A stretch of DNA of 64,000 nucleotides from Felis catus (taxonomy: Eukaryota). The position numbers and the translations under genes are program-made. This document shows, one piece after another, positions 26,351-37,908 of this stretch (the stretch's first letter is position 1; every line of letters starts with the position of its first letter). The stretch is taken from positions 216,320,001-216,384,000 of the forward strand of contig NC_058368.1 in NCBI RefSeq assembly GCF_018350175.1. The letters are read 5' to 3'. The notes beneath the pieces were generated by a model that saw only the letters and a program-made list of their open reading frames with translations, had not been told where the DNA came from and ran no database searches.

Positions 26351-26531
26351 AAAAAAAGCATAGGCATGGTTGGATGGTTGGTTTCTTCTGAGTCCTCTTT
26401 CCTTGGCTTGTAGTTGTCCATCTTTTCCTTGCATCTTCATATGATTTTCCCCGTGCATGCCTACATCCTAATCTCTTCTTCTAAGGACCCCTGACATAGT
26501 GCATTAATTACTGAATTAAAAAGCCAACTCC

Positions 26532-26600
26532 AGAGGTGCCTGCATGGCTCAATCGGTTGGTCATCCAAATCTTGATGTGGGCTCAGGTCAGGATCCCAGG
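26532..26600 (+). mobile_element. CanSINE head fragment
   Basis: ggtgcctgcatggctcaatcggtt..ggctcaggtca. Confidence 0.75.
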
Positions 26601-26723
26601 GATATATAATTATGTATATTATATATATATATGTAATTTTTTATATATTTGTTATATAATAAATATTATATATAGATATAGATATAGATATAGATATAGA
26701 TATAGATATAGATATAGATATAT
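26601..26723. repeat. AT-rich tract and (ATATAG)n
   Basis: Directly visible. Confidence 0.93.
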
Positions 26724-29229
26724 CCAAATACAGGGAAATTCTGAGTGACTGTGGTTTGGAACTTCATCATATACATTTTGGAGGACACAATTCTGTCTAT
26801 AACAACATGAATGCTTACTATACTGTTATTTTTAGTAGCAAAACTAATGTAATATTCTTCATTGCCATCAGTAGAGATTCATTGGGTAAAATGATAGCTC
26901 GTCTATACTACAAAATACTATGCAAAATTATAAATATGAATATTATTCATCCACATTAACCTGTTTAGATATTTAGGATGTATAAAATGTAATGAAATAA
27001 TTTTCCTAGGGGGAAACGTTTCTTTATTTTGCTTGTTAGAAGAATTATGTTTTTTTTAATGTATTAAGTATATTTAAATGACAAAAACATACATCTTTTC
27101 CCATTAGTTTGTTTTTTTCTTAAGTTTCATGAAAAAGAAAAGGAACCAACATCTTAACGATTTAATTAACTTACCTTTCTAACTAGAATAACTAAAATGC
27201 TCCAGTGGGCATGTCAGGTAACAACAACAACAAAAAAAGACTATTGTTTTGACTATACAAATGATTTGACATTTTAATAATACTTTTGATAAACACAGCA
27301 GTAAAGCAAAAAATACTTTAAAAGTCTTTAGGAATTTATTACTTTTAGGTTGCAAATTAAGTCTCAAATATAGTGTAGGATTTACCATATTTACTCATGA
27401 TTGTTTTGGTTTATATTAACTTTGTAGACAAATTTAAAAGCTATTTTATCTCAGATCCTAAACTAATACACCATTTCCATAAGAAAAAAAATGGCAATAA
27501 ACATCAAATTCCTCAAGAAATTAGTGTATAGAAATAAAACAAAAACAATGTATAAAACTTAGTTGTAAAACTTAAAATTAATGTACATTTTTAATTAAAA
27601 TTTTAGAAAACAAAATAATTGAAAGTTATTTTATCTGTTTGATTTTCTGATTCTTTTGGGATGTGAATATGTATAATTCATACTCCATATAGTTAAATTA
27701 ATGATTCACTTTAATATTTAAAGTGAAGCTCTCCTTGCCAAATGAAAAAAAAAATATTAAATGCTATTTTAGGAGTATTTCCCAAAGATGTCTCTGTCAT
27801 GATTGACTGACTGATTAGCTGTAATTACTCAATGACTAAGAGTAGGAGCAAATTTCTCTTAATTTGTATGAAAATGCTCCATTTCCTTTCCACAGCATGT
27901 TGGAACATGACTGCTCAAATGTTAATACCGTTATCACACTTCTTAAACCTGTAATCATAATGTCAACCAAAACTTTATAAACTGAAATTCTGAGGTTTGA
28001 AACCATGAGTGCCCTTACACAGTTTAAGGACCTTTGGGAATAGGGGTTGATTTTGGGGGGGGAGGGGATGTCTCACTAACCAACACAAAAAAGACACTTC
28101 TGACTGCTGTTTGCAATTTTACCAAAGTGTTCTGCCAAGGTAAATAGAAATCAGAATAAATTTATAATAGAATTACTTTTGAAACAAACTGAGTTGAAAT
28201 TGCACAGCAAAACACAGTAGTTCTGAAATCTTGGAAAACATAATTAAAAATAAACTTGTGGCTGGTGATGTAGGGTATATTTTTGGAAAGGAAATGTTTA
28301 TTAAATGATTTTAAAAAGTTGATTCCTTCATTTCAATGAAACTGTATCCAAATATAGCTCATTTTTTTATCCAAATATTTAAAAGTTTAGGGATATAACA
28401 AATTATATTACATAATCATATTTTCTATATATTCAAAAGATAAAGAGGAAAGGACGGGAAACATACTTCCTAAAGAATCGTATCTTTTTGTGTGTATTAG
28501 TAATACTTGTATTTTGGCATTTTTAAAGGCTATAATTTTCATGAAACTATACTGATAAACTTTCAGCAAAACCTATGTTTTTAACAAAGCTAGAAAAAAA
28601 ATATACACAAGGATAATATAGTTGTCACAAACTGTAAACCTAGGTCTGTGTCTTAATCATATCCTAGATGTAATTTATTCTTTATGGTCGAATAGATAAT
28701 GTTACCCTACAAAATTCCTGCTATTACAATTAATCTAAAAAGAACTAAAGAAATACAGAGGATTTTTACCAAATACAACTTCCCTTGAATTACTTATAAT
28801 AATTTTATTATACAAAGATACGGTCCAGGGATAGAAATTGATAAAAGAATGAGAACGATAATTATGAAAGCAGAAGAAAATATAAGGGAATTAAAGTTGA
28901 CAAAACTTGGATCTAGCAAAGTCTTTATCGACTTGCTGAAAAAACAAAAAAGATCTATTTGAATTAGATGGCTGGAAAGTCTCATTCGGGAGCAGTCAGA
29001 GCACGAGAACTTCAGCCATTTCAGGAGGGTGAGATTTGATTCTAAGGAGATGGTGAAATCACCAGGCCCAAGAAATGAAGAATAGTCTGTCCCTCAGCAA
29101 CCTGCCTGACTTTGTCTACAAAAATCAATAGACTCAGTCTTAAATTCTCTAATCAGAAGATAGGGGAAAAAATAAAAAGTTTAAGATAACTGAATACTAG
29201 AGTATCTCCCCCCCCCCCCGCAAAAGCAA

Positions 29230-29880
29230 CACATCTACTCATGTCCTCACCTTATAGAGTGTCCACCATCCGATAAGCACTGTCCATGCTGCAAAGGACA
29301 ATGATAGCCAGGTAGCTGAGGAAAGTAGGAAAGCCTCTACCACAAAAGGCAAAGAAAACCAGTGGCAGCAACAACAAAAAAGGATTGAAGAAACCTCAGT
29401 AAATGCCTGGAGAAAACAATCTAAATCAAGACAAAATAAACCTAAAAAGAAGTCTGGGTATGTTTTAAGATAAGGCAAGTTGTTCACAAGAGAGAAGAAA
29501 TTGCAATACTAATTTTAAAAGCATTAACATATAACCTTTAGAGAACAAAGGAGGTTAATAGCTGGCAGTAGAAACTGAAAAAAGAAGAAAACAAGATAAT
29601 ATAGCTGAAAGCCGAAACTGGAAAAAAAAACAAAATAATTGGAAAAATTTCTAGATTGTAGACAAAAATATCAAAAGAGGACATTATTATGATATTGTGA
29701 AGGTTTAGTATGTAAAACAATAAAACATAGTACTCAGATCTCACACATAAATGAAATTTTGATACATGATGGATATGGCATTTCAAATGAGTAACGTTGA
29801 GACAATACATGGCACACCTGGTATTTATTTTTCAAAATATAAACCTTTTATATATATTAAAATTATAAATATAAAAATAT
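29230..29880 (+). mobile_element. Old L1 5'/ORF1-region remnant
   Basis: A-rich, L1ME-like text; weakly recognisable. Confidence 0.4.
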
Positions 29881-29886
29881 TTGCAA

Positions 29887-30106
29887 GGGGCGCCTGGGTG
29901 GCTCAGTCGGTGAAGCGTCCGACTTCAGCTCAGGTCACGATCTCATGGTTTGAGTTCAAGCCCCTCATTAAGCTCTGTGCTGACAGCTCGGAGCCCGGAG
30001 CCTGCTTCGGATTCTGTGTCTCCTTCTCTCTCTGCCCCTCCCCCGCTTGTGCTCTGTCTCTCTCTCTGTCTCTCAAAAATAAATAAATGTAAAAAAAAAA
30101 AATTAC
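29887..30106 (+). mobile_element. CanSINE (CpG-rich)
   Basis: TSD aaa(a/c)tatttgcaag. Confidence 0.96.
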
Positions 30107-30199
30107 AAAACTATTTGCAAGAAAATATAAGACTATTATGTAGGGAATACTTTTATGACATTAGGCCTGACAGATTTCTTTAAAAAGAAGCAAACTTCA

Positions 30200-30392
30200 G
30201 AGGCAGCTGGGTGGCTTAGTCGCTCAAGTGTCTGACTCTTGATTTCATATCAGGTCTGATCCCAGGGTTATGGGACTGAGCCACGTGTTGCGCTCTGCAC
30301 TGATCGTGAGGCCTGATCAAGATTTTCTCTCTCTCTCTCCCCGTCTCCCTTGCTCATGCTGTCTTAAAATAAATACACACATACATACATAA
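30200..30392 (+). mobile_element. CanSINE (older)
   Basis: 19-bp TSD taaaaagaagcaaacttca at 30181-30199 and 30393-30411. Confidence 0.93.
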
Positions 30393-30549
30393 TAAAAAGA
30401 AGCAAACTTCAAAATCTTGTAAAAATCTTTTATAGTCTCGTTCTGAACAATTTATTTGAAAAGATTAAAAATGCATACACACACCACAGTAAAGGAAATA
30501 ATTATAATATTAAAATTTTAAATAAAAGAAGTTATTTTCAGTGATTTTT

Positions 30550-30763
30550 AAAAAAAAAATTTAACGTTTATTTATTTTTGAGACAGAAAGAGACAGAGCA
30601 TGAACAGGGGAGGGTCAGAAAGAGGGAGACACAGAATCTGAAACAGGCTCCAGGCTCTGAGCTGTCAGCACAGAGCTCAACATGGGGCTCGAACTCACGG
30701 ACTGCGAGATCGTGACCTGAGCCGAAGTCGTTCGCTCAACCGACTGAGCCACCCAGGCACCGC
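30550..30763 (-). mobile_element. CanSINE (young)
   Basis: TSD cagtgattttt at 30539-30549 and 30766-30776. Confidence 0.96.
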
Positions 30764-30776
30764 AACAGTGATTTTT

Positions 30777-30975
30777 TTTTTTTAGTTTTATTTATTTATT
30801 CTGAGAGACAGAGAGTTGGAGTTGGGGAGGGGCCGAGAGTGAGGGAAACAGAATCCCAAGCAGGCTCCACACTGTCAGTGCAGAGCCTTGACAAGGGGCT
30901 CAATCTCATGAACCAAACCATGAAATCATGACCTGAACTGAAATCAACAGTCAGACACTGACTACCCAGGCACCC
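30777..30975 (-). mobile_element. CanSINE (older, deletion in head)
   Basis: Flanked by acagtga at 30765 and 30976. Confidence 0.9.
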
Positions 30976-31212
30976 ACAGTGAGATTTCAAATTAGATGAA
31001 AATTTTATCATATGCAATATGTGTAAAAGTTAACAAATTTTGTAGCACAGAGTTTTGACGAAGATACTTAATGTAGAATCTTATATACTTTTAAGGGATA
31101 TGAATTATACCTATCACCATTTAATAAAGCAATTTAGCAATATTGACTAAAGTTGACAATAAATATTCTACAGCACAGCTATTCCAGTCATTGTTATAAA
31201 ACTCCAAAGACA

Positions 31213-31423
31213 GGGGCACCTTGGTGGCTCCTTCGGTTAAGCACCGACTTGGGCTCAGGTCATGATCTCTCGATTCGTGAGTTCAAGCCCTGCATCAGGC
31301 TCTGTGCTGACAGCTCAGAGCCTGGAGCCTGCTTCAGATTCTGTGTCTCCCTCTCTCTCTGCCCCTCCCCACTTACACTCTGTCTCTCAAAAGTGAATAA
31401 AGGTTACAATTTAAAAAAAAAAA
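31213..31423 (+). mobile_element. CanSINE
   Basis: Head, body, A tail. Confidence 0.93.
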
Positions 31424-31479
31424 AGATCTATTCTGTTGGCAAACTTGAGGTATTTCACATCCATATAATAATAACAGGA

Positions 31480-31720
31480 AATATTAGTCAAGGTTCCAAC
31501 ATGAGGCAGGTGACAACTTAAATTACGATAATTCAGGAAAGTTTTAATAAAAGTACTATTCACAAAGTGTGGGGAGGTGTAGGTGGAGGAAAGGGATAAG
31601 TAAGTCACATGTACTTAGTTGTAACTGGAGGGAACGGGGGGAGTAGCAGTTATCAAAAACCAAAAGGCAAACACATAAAGAAGGAAGCCTTGAGATCAGC
31701 AATCATCTTTGATTGAAAAT
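31480..31720 (-). mobile_element. LTR33-like (ERVL) LTR fragment
   Basis: attagtcaaggttccaac..ttttaataaaagtactattcacaaagtgtggggagg resembles recalled LTR33; abuts the ERVL internal remnant. Confidence 0.5.
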
Positions 31721-31789
31721 CAAAGGTAGTAAGGGTTAAAATTGGTGAAAAAGGAAATAATGAATTTAAAGCACATTTTGCATGATTCC

Positions 31790-33860
31790 CACTTCATGAA
31801 TTTTGAATTTGTCTTCTTCAACCACCCAATCCCCATTGCATTTATACTCTTCTAGCACCTAGACAGGTGTTTTGTTTGTTCCTGGAGAGGTGACCCAAAA
31901 ATTCATTATGCAGGGTATAATTCTTCAGTAGCTTTCTTTTTATTATACTGCCAGAATTTTTCATTAGTAGAACTATTAAGCATAAAATCCTCAGGGACTC
32001 CCTTCAATTCCAAATATGATTATTTTCCCCTAAATTATGTAGCTGCAATCCTGTTTCTTCCTGATAATCCAGATCAATCACAATAGTCAATAAAGTCAGC
32101 TCCTTTTCTGCCTGTTGGTTCCGGGGCATAGGAATTCTAAAATGACTAGGGGAATAAGCTAGCTTCCAACTCGTCAAAACTACGGCCATCTTTCCTATTG
32201 AAGCCTTTTTCCACTGGGGGCTAAAATCTCCAAACCAATGGAGTTAAAGATTGTGGGAATCAGCAAAAATTGTTTCCTGTGTGATTGTTAAATGTACCTG
32301 TATGCTAGGACACTCTCACTCTCCTCACTACCTTGGTTTCTGAATTTGTGTATTCAGACTGTAAGAAACACTAAATTTTACCTTATGATTTAAGCCATAT
32401 TACTGGATGGCACTTCGGTTTCTCAGCATATTGTCTTCCAGAGTCATATCATAAATGAGCTCTCAATAAGCTTATCAACCATCAACCCAACTGGCTTCTG
32501 GGTGATGACCAGTGAATTCTATAGGAGGGAATACATTGCTATATATATTGATGTAAAAAATATGCCCATAGATTACTGGTAATGCTGTGTAGGATACCCT
32601 GTTAATAGAAATGACATTCTGGAAACTTATTGTAGCTGGTGCTGGCAGCAACACTGCATATGTTTATCTAAATGCAGAAAATGAACTGTCCTCCCCTTCG
32701 ATGGGAGGGTTTCAATACAGTCAGCCTGAAAACTCGTGAACTCCAAAGAATAATGTCATTAGGGGCTCAGTGTGGGCTCCGGAATATTAGAATTTTAGGC
32801 ATCGAGCAGTACTTTAACCAGAACAGCTTTGGTTTGAGAAAGACCATGGGTTATTAAGACTGTTAATAACTTAATTTCTTAACATCATAGCTGTTTATAA
32901 GCCTTCAAAGGCATTATTAGAGTGTCGAGGTAAAGAGGTTGACTGTCATCCACAGGACAGGCCACCTTGCCCCTTATCACTGAGAATTTCTACTACCTTC
33001 GATGCTCACTGTTTGCCCTCACTTTCAATTCAAGTGTTTTTACACTCAGTGCCTATTCTAGGAAGCCATCTTTGTTACCAGTTGTCCAATGTTACTATTT
33101 TTAAGTTCTTGACCAGCTTTCAACTGGTTCTGGCATATCATGGAGGTTCATGTGTTAACCTTAGCTGCATATCTTCCTCCTGCGTTGAATGAAGACATTT
33201 GAAGTTGACAGACAGCTAGTAAACTAATTTAATCAGTATAATTTGTAAATTATACTGGTCCCTGAAAGGCCATCTAGATTGGTAGGTGGCGGGTTTAATA
33301 AGCAAGAGAACTTACCCATGAGGCTTGTTATGGGCAGCTTCAATATGAGTAGATCTCTGCACCCACCCACCAGAATTTGAGAAGTTTCTGTAGAGGTCTT
33401 GACTGGGTTCTGTCATGTATACTGTCCAGATGGTCTCAACAACACCTTTCTCTCTCAAGACCGAACCCTTGAAAATGGCTTCAACTGTGAGAACAGGGTA
33501 AAACGTACATTCAAGGGGAAGGGTTAGGAGCCTCCAATAGCCTGGGTCCACCTTTCACTTAAGTAAAGGTTCTGCCTATCCATCCTAGACTTTCTCCTTC
33601 TGTACATATCAAGCAGCACCTTCAAAGACTGCCTATCTCAAACATTTCTGGAGACTCGTCTCTCATGGACCACTGCTATTTGGCTTCTGAGATTCCATTT
33701 TTCTCACTGAGATCAGGGAATCCACAAATGACATGTATTGTTCTCCAAGAATCCTCATCCCTCCCCCCATCCTGCTAATTTTTAAATGTCTTTTTGAAAG
33801 TAGAGCCTCTAACTCCTCTGTGGGTGGTACCTGCACATAATAGATCTGCTAATATTCCTA
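31790..33860 (-). mobile_element. Degenerate ERVL-class internal region (dUTPase and integrase relics, with upstream pol/gag-like remnant)
   Basis: Minus ORF 32004-32189 (WKLAYSPSHFRIPMPRNQQAEKELTLLTIVIDLDYQEETGLQLHN..IWN) resembles ERVL dUTPase; minus-strand HHPEA integrase motif at ~32493-32507. Confidence 0.75.
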
Positions 33861-34054
33861 GATAAGAATGAGGTGGGGGGCAAATACAGAGTAAAGAAAG
33901 AAGTTAAAATATTAACATTACTTGAATTTTTAGAGTCTGACACTCTCTGGGTCTCTGGGTCTGCTATTCATAAATTTCCACGGGTAACAGTACAGAGAAA
34001 AACTGTTTATTTTTTGGCTATTCTCAACCAAAATGTAAATATCCCTGAAATATA

Positions 34055-34240
34055 CTATATGGGTTCCTGAAACGTGGTTCAAGGACCACGAAAATTATTT
34101 AAAGCCCTTATTAGAACCGGAGGGTCCTGGACCTTTCCCAGGGACAACTGAATCAAATCCCCTAGGAAATATGTCTGGTAATCTTCATTTTCACAAAAAA
34201 TTTTAGATGATAGTTATATATACCAAAATGTGACATGCAT
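34055..34240. mobile_element. MER5-like hAT-Charlie MITE relic
   Basis: gttcctgaaacgtggttc..ggacc..actgaatcaaatc..aatcttcattttcacaa. Confidence 0.55.
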
Positions 34241-34559
34241 TTGTAAAGAGACAACACAGGCAGAGTTCAGAATTGCATTAACTATCTATCCAAAACTGAT
34301 TCTCCTGGTTCATCAGGAGAAGGAAGATTGGAAAAAGAGAAAGAAGGTGTCATATTATTTGTATAATTTCCTTTTCCATGGGTCATAAGTAATTTCCAGA
34401 TGCTTACACTACTAACCCTTTTTTCCCTCTTATACCATATTTCCTCAATTTTAACCTCTAACCAGCATAGTGGTTGGAAGACACTTGTTAAGTTCTCTCT
34501 CAATATGGACATAGGACCCCTTTAAAAATGGCATTTGACAGCTAATTTAAAATGAGGCT

Positions 34560-36020
34560 GACTTTAGCCTCTACTACAAAGCCGTAATCATCAAGACAGC
34601 GTGGTATTAGCACAAAAACAGACACATAGACCAATGGAATAGAATAGAGACTCCAGAATTGGACCCACAAAAGTATGGCCAACTAATCTTTGACAAAGCA
34701 GGAAAGAATTTACAATGGAAAAAAGACAGTCTGTTTAACAAAAAGGTCCTGGGAGAACCGGACAGCAACATGCAGAAGAATGAAACTGGACCACTTTCTT
34801 ACACCATTTACAAAAATAAACTCAAAATGGATAAAGGACCTGAATGTGAGACAGGAAACCATCAAAACCCTAGAGGAGAAAGCAGGAAAAAAACCTCTCT
34901 AACCTCAGCCACAGCAATTTCTTACTTGACACATCCCCAAAGGCAAGGGAATTAAAAGCAAAAGTGAACTATTGGGACCTCATCAAGATAAAAAGCTTCT
35001 GCAGTGCAAAGGAAACAACCAACAAAACTAAAAGGTAAACAACGGAATGGGAAAAGATACTTGCAAATGACATATCAGACAAAGGGCTAGTATCCAAAAT
35101 CTATAAAGGACTCACCAAACTCCACACCCAAAAAACAAATAATCCAGTGAAGAAATGGGCAGAAGACATGAATAGACGCTTCTCTAAAACAAGACATCCA
35201 GATGGCCAACAAGCACATGAAAAGATGCTCAACATCACTTCTCATCAGGGAAATACAAATCAAAACCACACTGGGATATCACCTCACGCCAGTCAGAGTG
35301 GCTAAAGTGAACAAATCAGGAGAGTATGGATGCTGGGGAGGATGTAGAGAAACAGAAACCCTCTTGCACTGTTGGTGGGAATGCAAACTGGTGCATTCTG
35401 GAAACTCTGAAACTCTGGAAAACAGTGTGGAGGTTCCTCAAAAAATTAAAAATAGGTCTACCCTCTGACCCAGCAATAGCGCTGCTAGGAATTTACCCAA
35501 GGGATACAGGAGTGCTGATGCATAGGTGCACTTGTACCCCAATGTTTATAGCAGCACTCTCAACAATAGCCAAATTATGGAAAGAGACTAAATGTCCATC
35601 AACTGATGAATGGATAAAGAAATTGTGGTTTATAGACACAATGGAATACTATTTGCTAATGATAAAGAATGAAATATGGCCTTTTGTAGCAATGTGGATG
35701 GAACTGGAGAGTGTTATGCTAAGTGAAATAAGTCATACAGAGAAAGACAGATACCATATGTTTTCACTGTTATGGGGATCCTGAGAAACTTAACAGAAGA
35801 CCATGGGGGAGGGGAAGGAAAAAAAATTAAAGAGGGAGGGAACTAAACCATAAGAGACTCTTAAAAACTGAGAATAAATTGAGGGTTAATGGGTGGGTGG
35901 GTGGGAGGGAGGGAAGGGTGGGTGATGGGCATTGAGGAGGGCACCTGTTGGGATGAGCACTGGGTGTTGTACGGAAACCAATTTGACAATAAATTTCATA
36001 ATAAAAAATATTTAAAAAAT
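34560..36020 (+). mobile_element. 5'-truncated felid L1 (C-terminal ORF2, 3'UTR, A tail), inactivated
   Basis: Translates [56 protein letters not shown] (stop at 35784) with stops and frameshifts; G-rich 3'UTR; TSD aaa(a/g)tgaggct at 34549-34559 and 36021-36031. Confidence 0.97.
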
Positions 36021-36123
36021 AAAGTGAGGCTAGACCCAAAATAACTGCCTATTGGAATAGGAGTGTTATGTGTCAAATATAGGATGAAATCGGGGGGTAG
36101 AGGTTGAGATTGAGCTCACTCTG

Positions 36124-36530
36124 GCTATGGCAGGATATAGCAGTGCTGGGACATATCCTCAGCACTCAACTTCTGTTAACTGCTTCCTACTGCAAATGCC
36201 TGCCTGTCTGCCCGAGCGTTTGCACCAGAGGTTATAGGGAATTGATGACTCAGAAAGCAATCCTCAACCTATGACAGTGGAATTCATGGATAAATAAACA
36301 AGCTTCCTCACCCAATAGATAATCACTGGGGAATATTCCATAGGGTCTTTCAAGGGTGTCCTGTGGGTGGATGTCCAGTGGGCTCCAGAAGTTACTTGCT
36401 TTTAACCTACTAGATTTCAACTTGCTGTCCTCCCCTAGCTTACTGCCTCCCTCTCTTAAGCATTCTTCCTGCAATCTCCTTAGAATGGACTTACACTCAT
36501 GTCTTTTTCCAGGGTAGCACAATTTAAGAC
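36124..36530 (+). mobile_element. LTR16-like (ERVL) LTR
   Basis: gcttcctactgcaaatgcctg..cctcaacctatgac..ggataaataaacaagcttcctcaccc; ends taagaca. Confidence 0.65.
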
Positions 36531-37685
36531 AAGGTAATGCTAACTTTATGAGATTGGTGTTTTTTCTTTTTTGGAAAGGATTTGGGGAGTTTATGTTTAC
36601 TATTAGCATTTAAAGCAGTTTAGCCTTTTCCCACCAAATTTAGGATTACAAATTTCTGGCTCAACAGAAGTTTGAGAGGAATCGAGTCAGCATGGGTGAG
36701 AATTCGTTGATGAGGTCGGAGGTATGGCAGAAATCATGGCAAGTGAAGGAGCTGATTTGAGGGATTAATTTAGAATTAGGGTTTAAGTTAGGTTTAATCT
36801 GCGGAAGCTTTATTCCCATGTTTTTCCTGGGTAACACTCAATTCCAGAAGGCTATTAATATATATTCACAGATAATGAGAAGTTAAGCCACTAAAATTTT
36901 ATGTCTGGTAAATTTGGTGTTCCAATTTAAAATTAGCAAGCATTTTTTAAATAAAACAAAACTCAAGGAATACAGCAACCATGAATTTTTGAAAAAAAAG
37001 ATTAACATTGGATCTTGAATATTTAAACCTTGTCAACTTAATGGGGGAACAAAAAAATTGGTAATTAAAACCTCATGACAATTCATCACTGGTGAATATT
37101 ACAGCTAGTCCTGTATATAACGAAGACTAAGCACATTTAAAGAGCAAAATTGAAATAACTGAACTTGAGCAGTGAAAAAGTAGGGGATAGATGGAGTGGG
37201 GAGAGTGTAAATATGCTGACTTCAGGTTTTTTTCCCCAAAATCCAAAATCGGTGTATAATATAAAACAGAATTGTAATTATTAGAAAAATAAATGAAAGG
37301 CAGTGCCTACTTTTTCTCACTATTAATCATTGTACTATCATGTTATAAATTATAACTATCATATTTTTATGCATTATGACTATCATGAAGGAACATTTTT
37401 TGGGGTGCTTTAGTTTTATCTCAGTTTCTTTCAAATTCAGTACATTTTAGCATATTTTGTTAATCACAGCTTAAATAGTAGGTACTCAGGTTTAAACTCG
37501 TGTCATTCTATTTTTACAGATAGATCTGGAATCTTTTGCCAAAATAAAGAAAATTAATTCTGTGCGGTAGTATTTCTGGGCCTTTTTCCTTGCTTCTGTT
37601 TTATGATTTGTTTTTCCCTTTTGTATGTCTACATTGCTCAGTTTCTTGCAAATGAGTGGGTATCCTTTTAAAAACCCACAGCACA

Positions 37686-37908
37686 GGGGTGCCTGGGTGG
37701 CTCAGTCGGTTAAGTGTCCAACTTCAGCTCAGGTCATGATCTTACAGTCTATGGGTTCAAGCCCAGTGTCAGGCTCTTTGCTGGTAGCTCAGAGCCTCAA
37801 GCCTGCTTCTGATTCTGTGTGTGTGTCTCTCTCTCTGCCACCCCCCACTTGTACTCTTTCTCTCTCTCTTTCTCAAAAATAAATAAAAATTAAAAAAATT
37901 AAAAAAAT
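37686..37908 (+). mobile_element. CanSINE
   Basis: TSD aaaaac(c/a)cacagca at 37670-37683 and 37909-37922. Confidence 0.96.

Larger units (their letters stand above)
25997..26803 (-). mobile_element. MaLR LTR (MLT1A/B-like), interrupted by SINEs and a microsatellite
   Basis: tagggctgccaaaacaaagtaccacagactgg start; attttggaggacacaattc..ctataaca end. Confidence 0.82.

Noticed and set aside
26536..26748. RY-repeat peptide ORF
   Set aside because: Translation of an (ATATAG)n microsatellite fused to a SINE head.
34659..35784. Protein-like ORFs as a host gene
   Set aside because: They are broken L1 ORF2 fragments in a 5'-truncated copy.
36770..36797. Interstitial telomeric repeat (ttagaattagggtttaagttaggttt)
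   Set aside because: Only one perfect TTAGGG; more likely chance or an ancient repeat relic.
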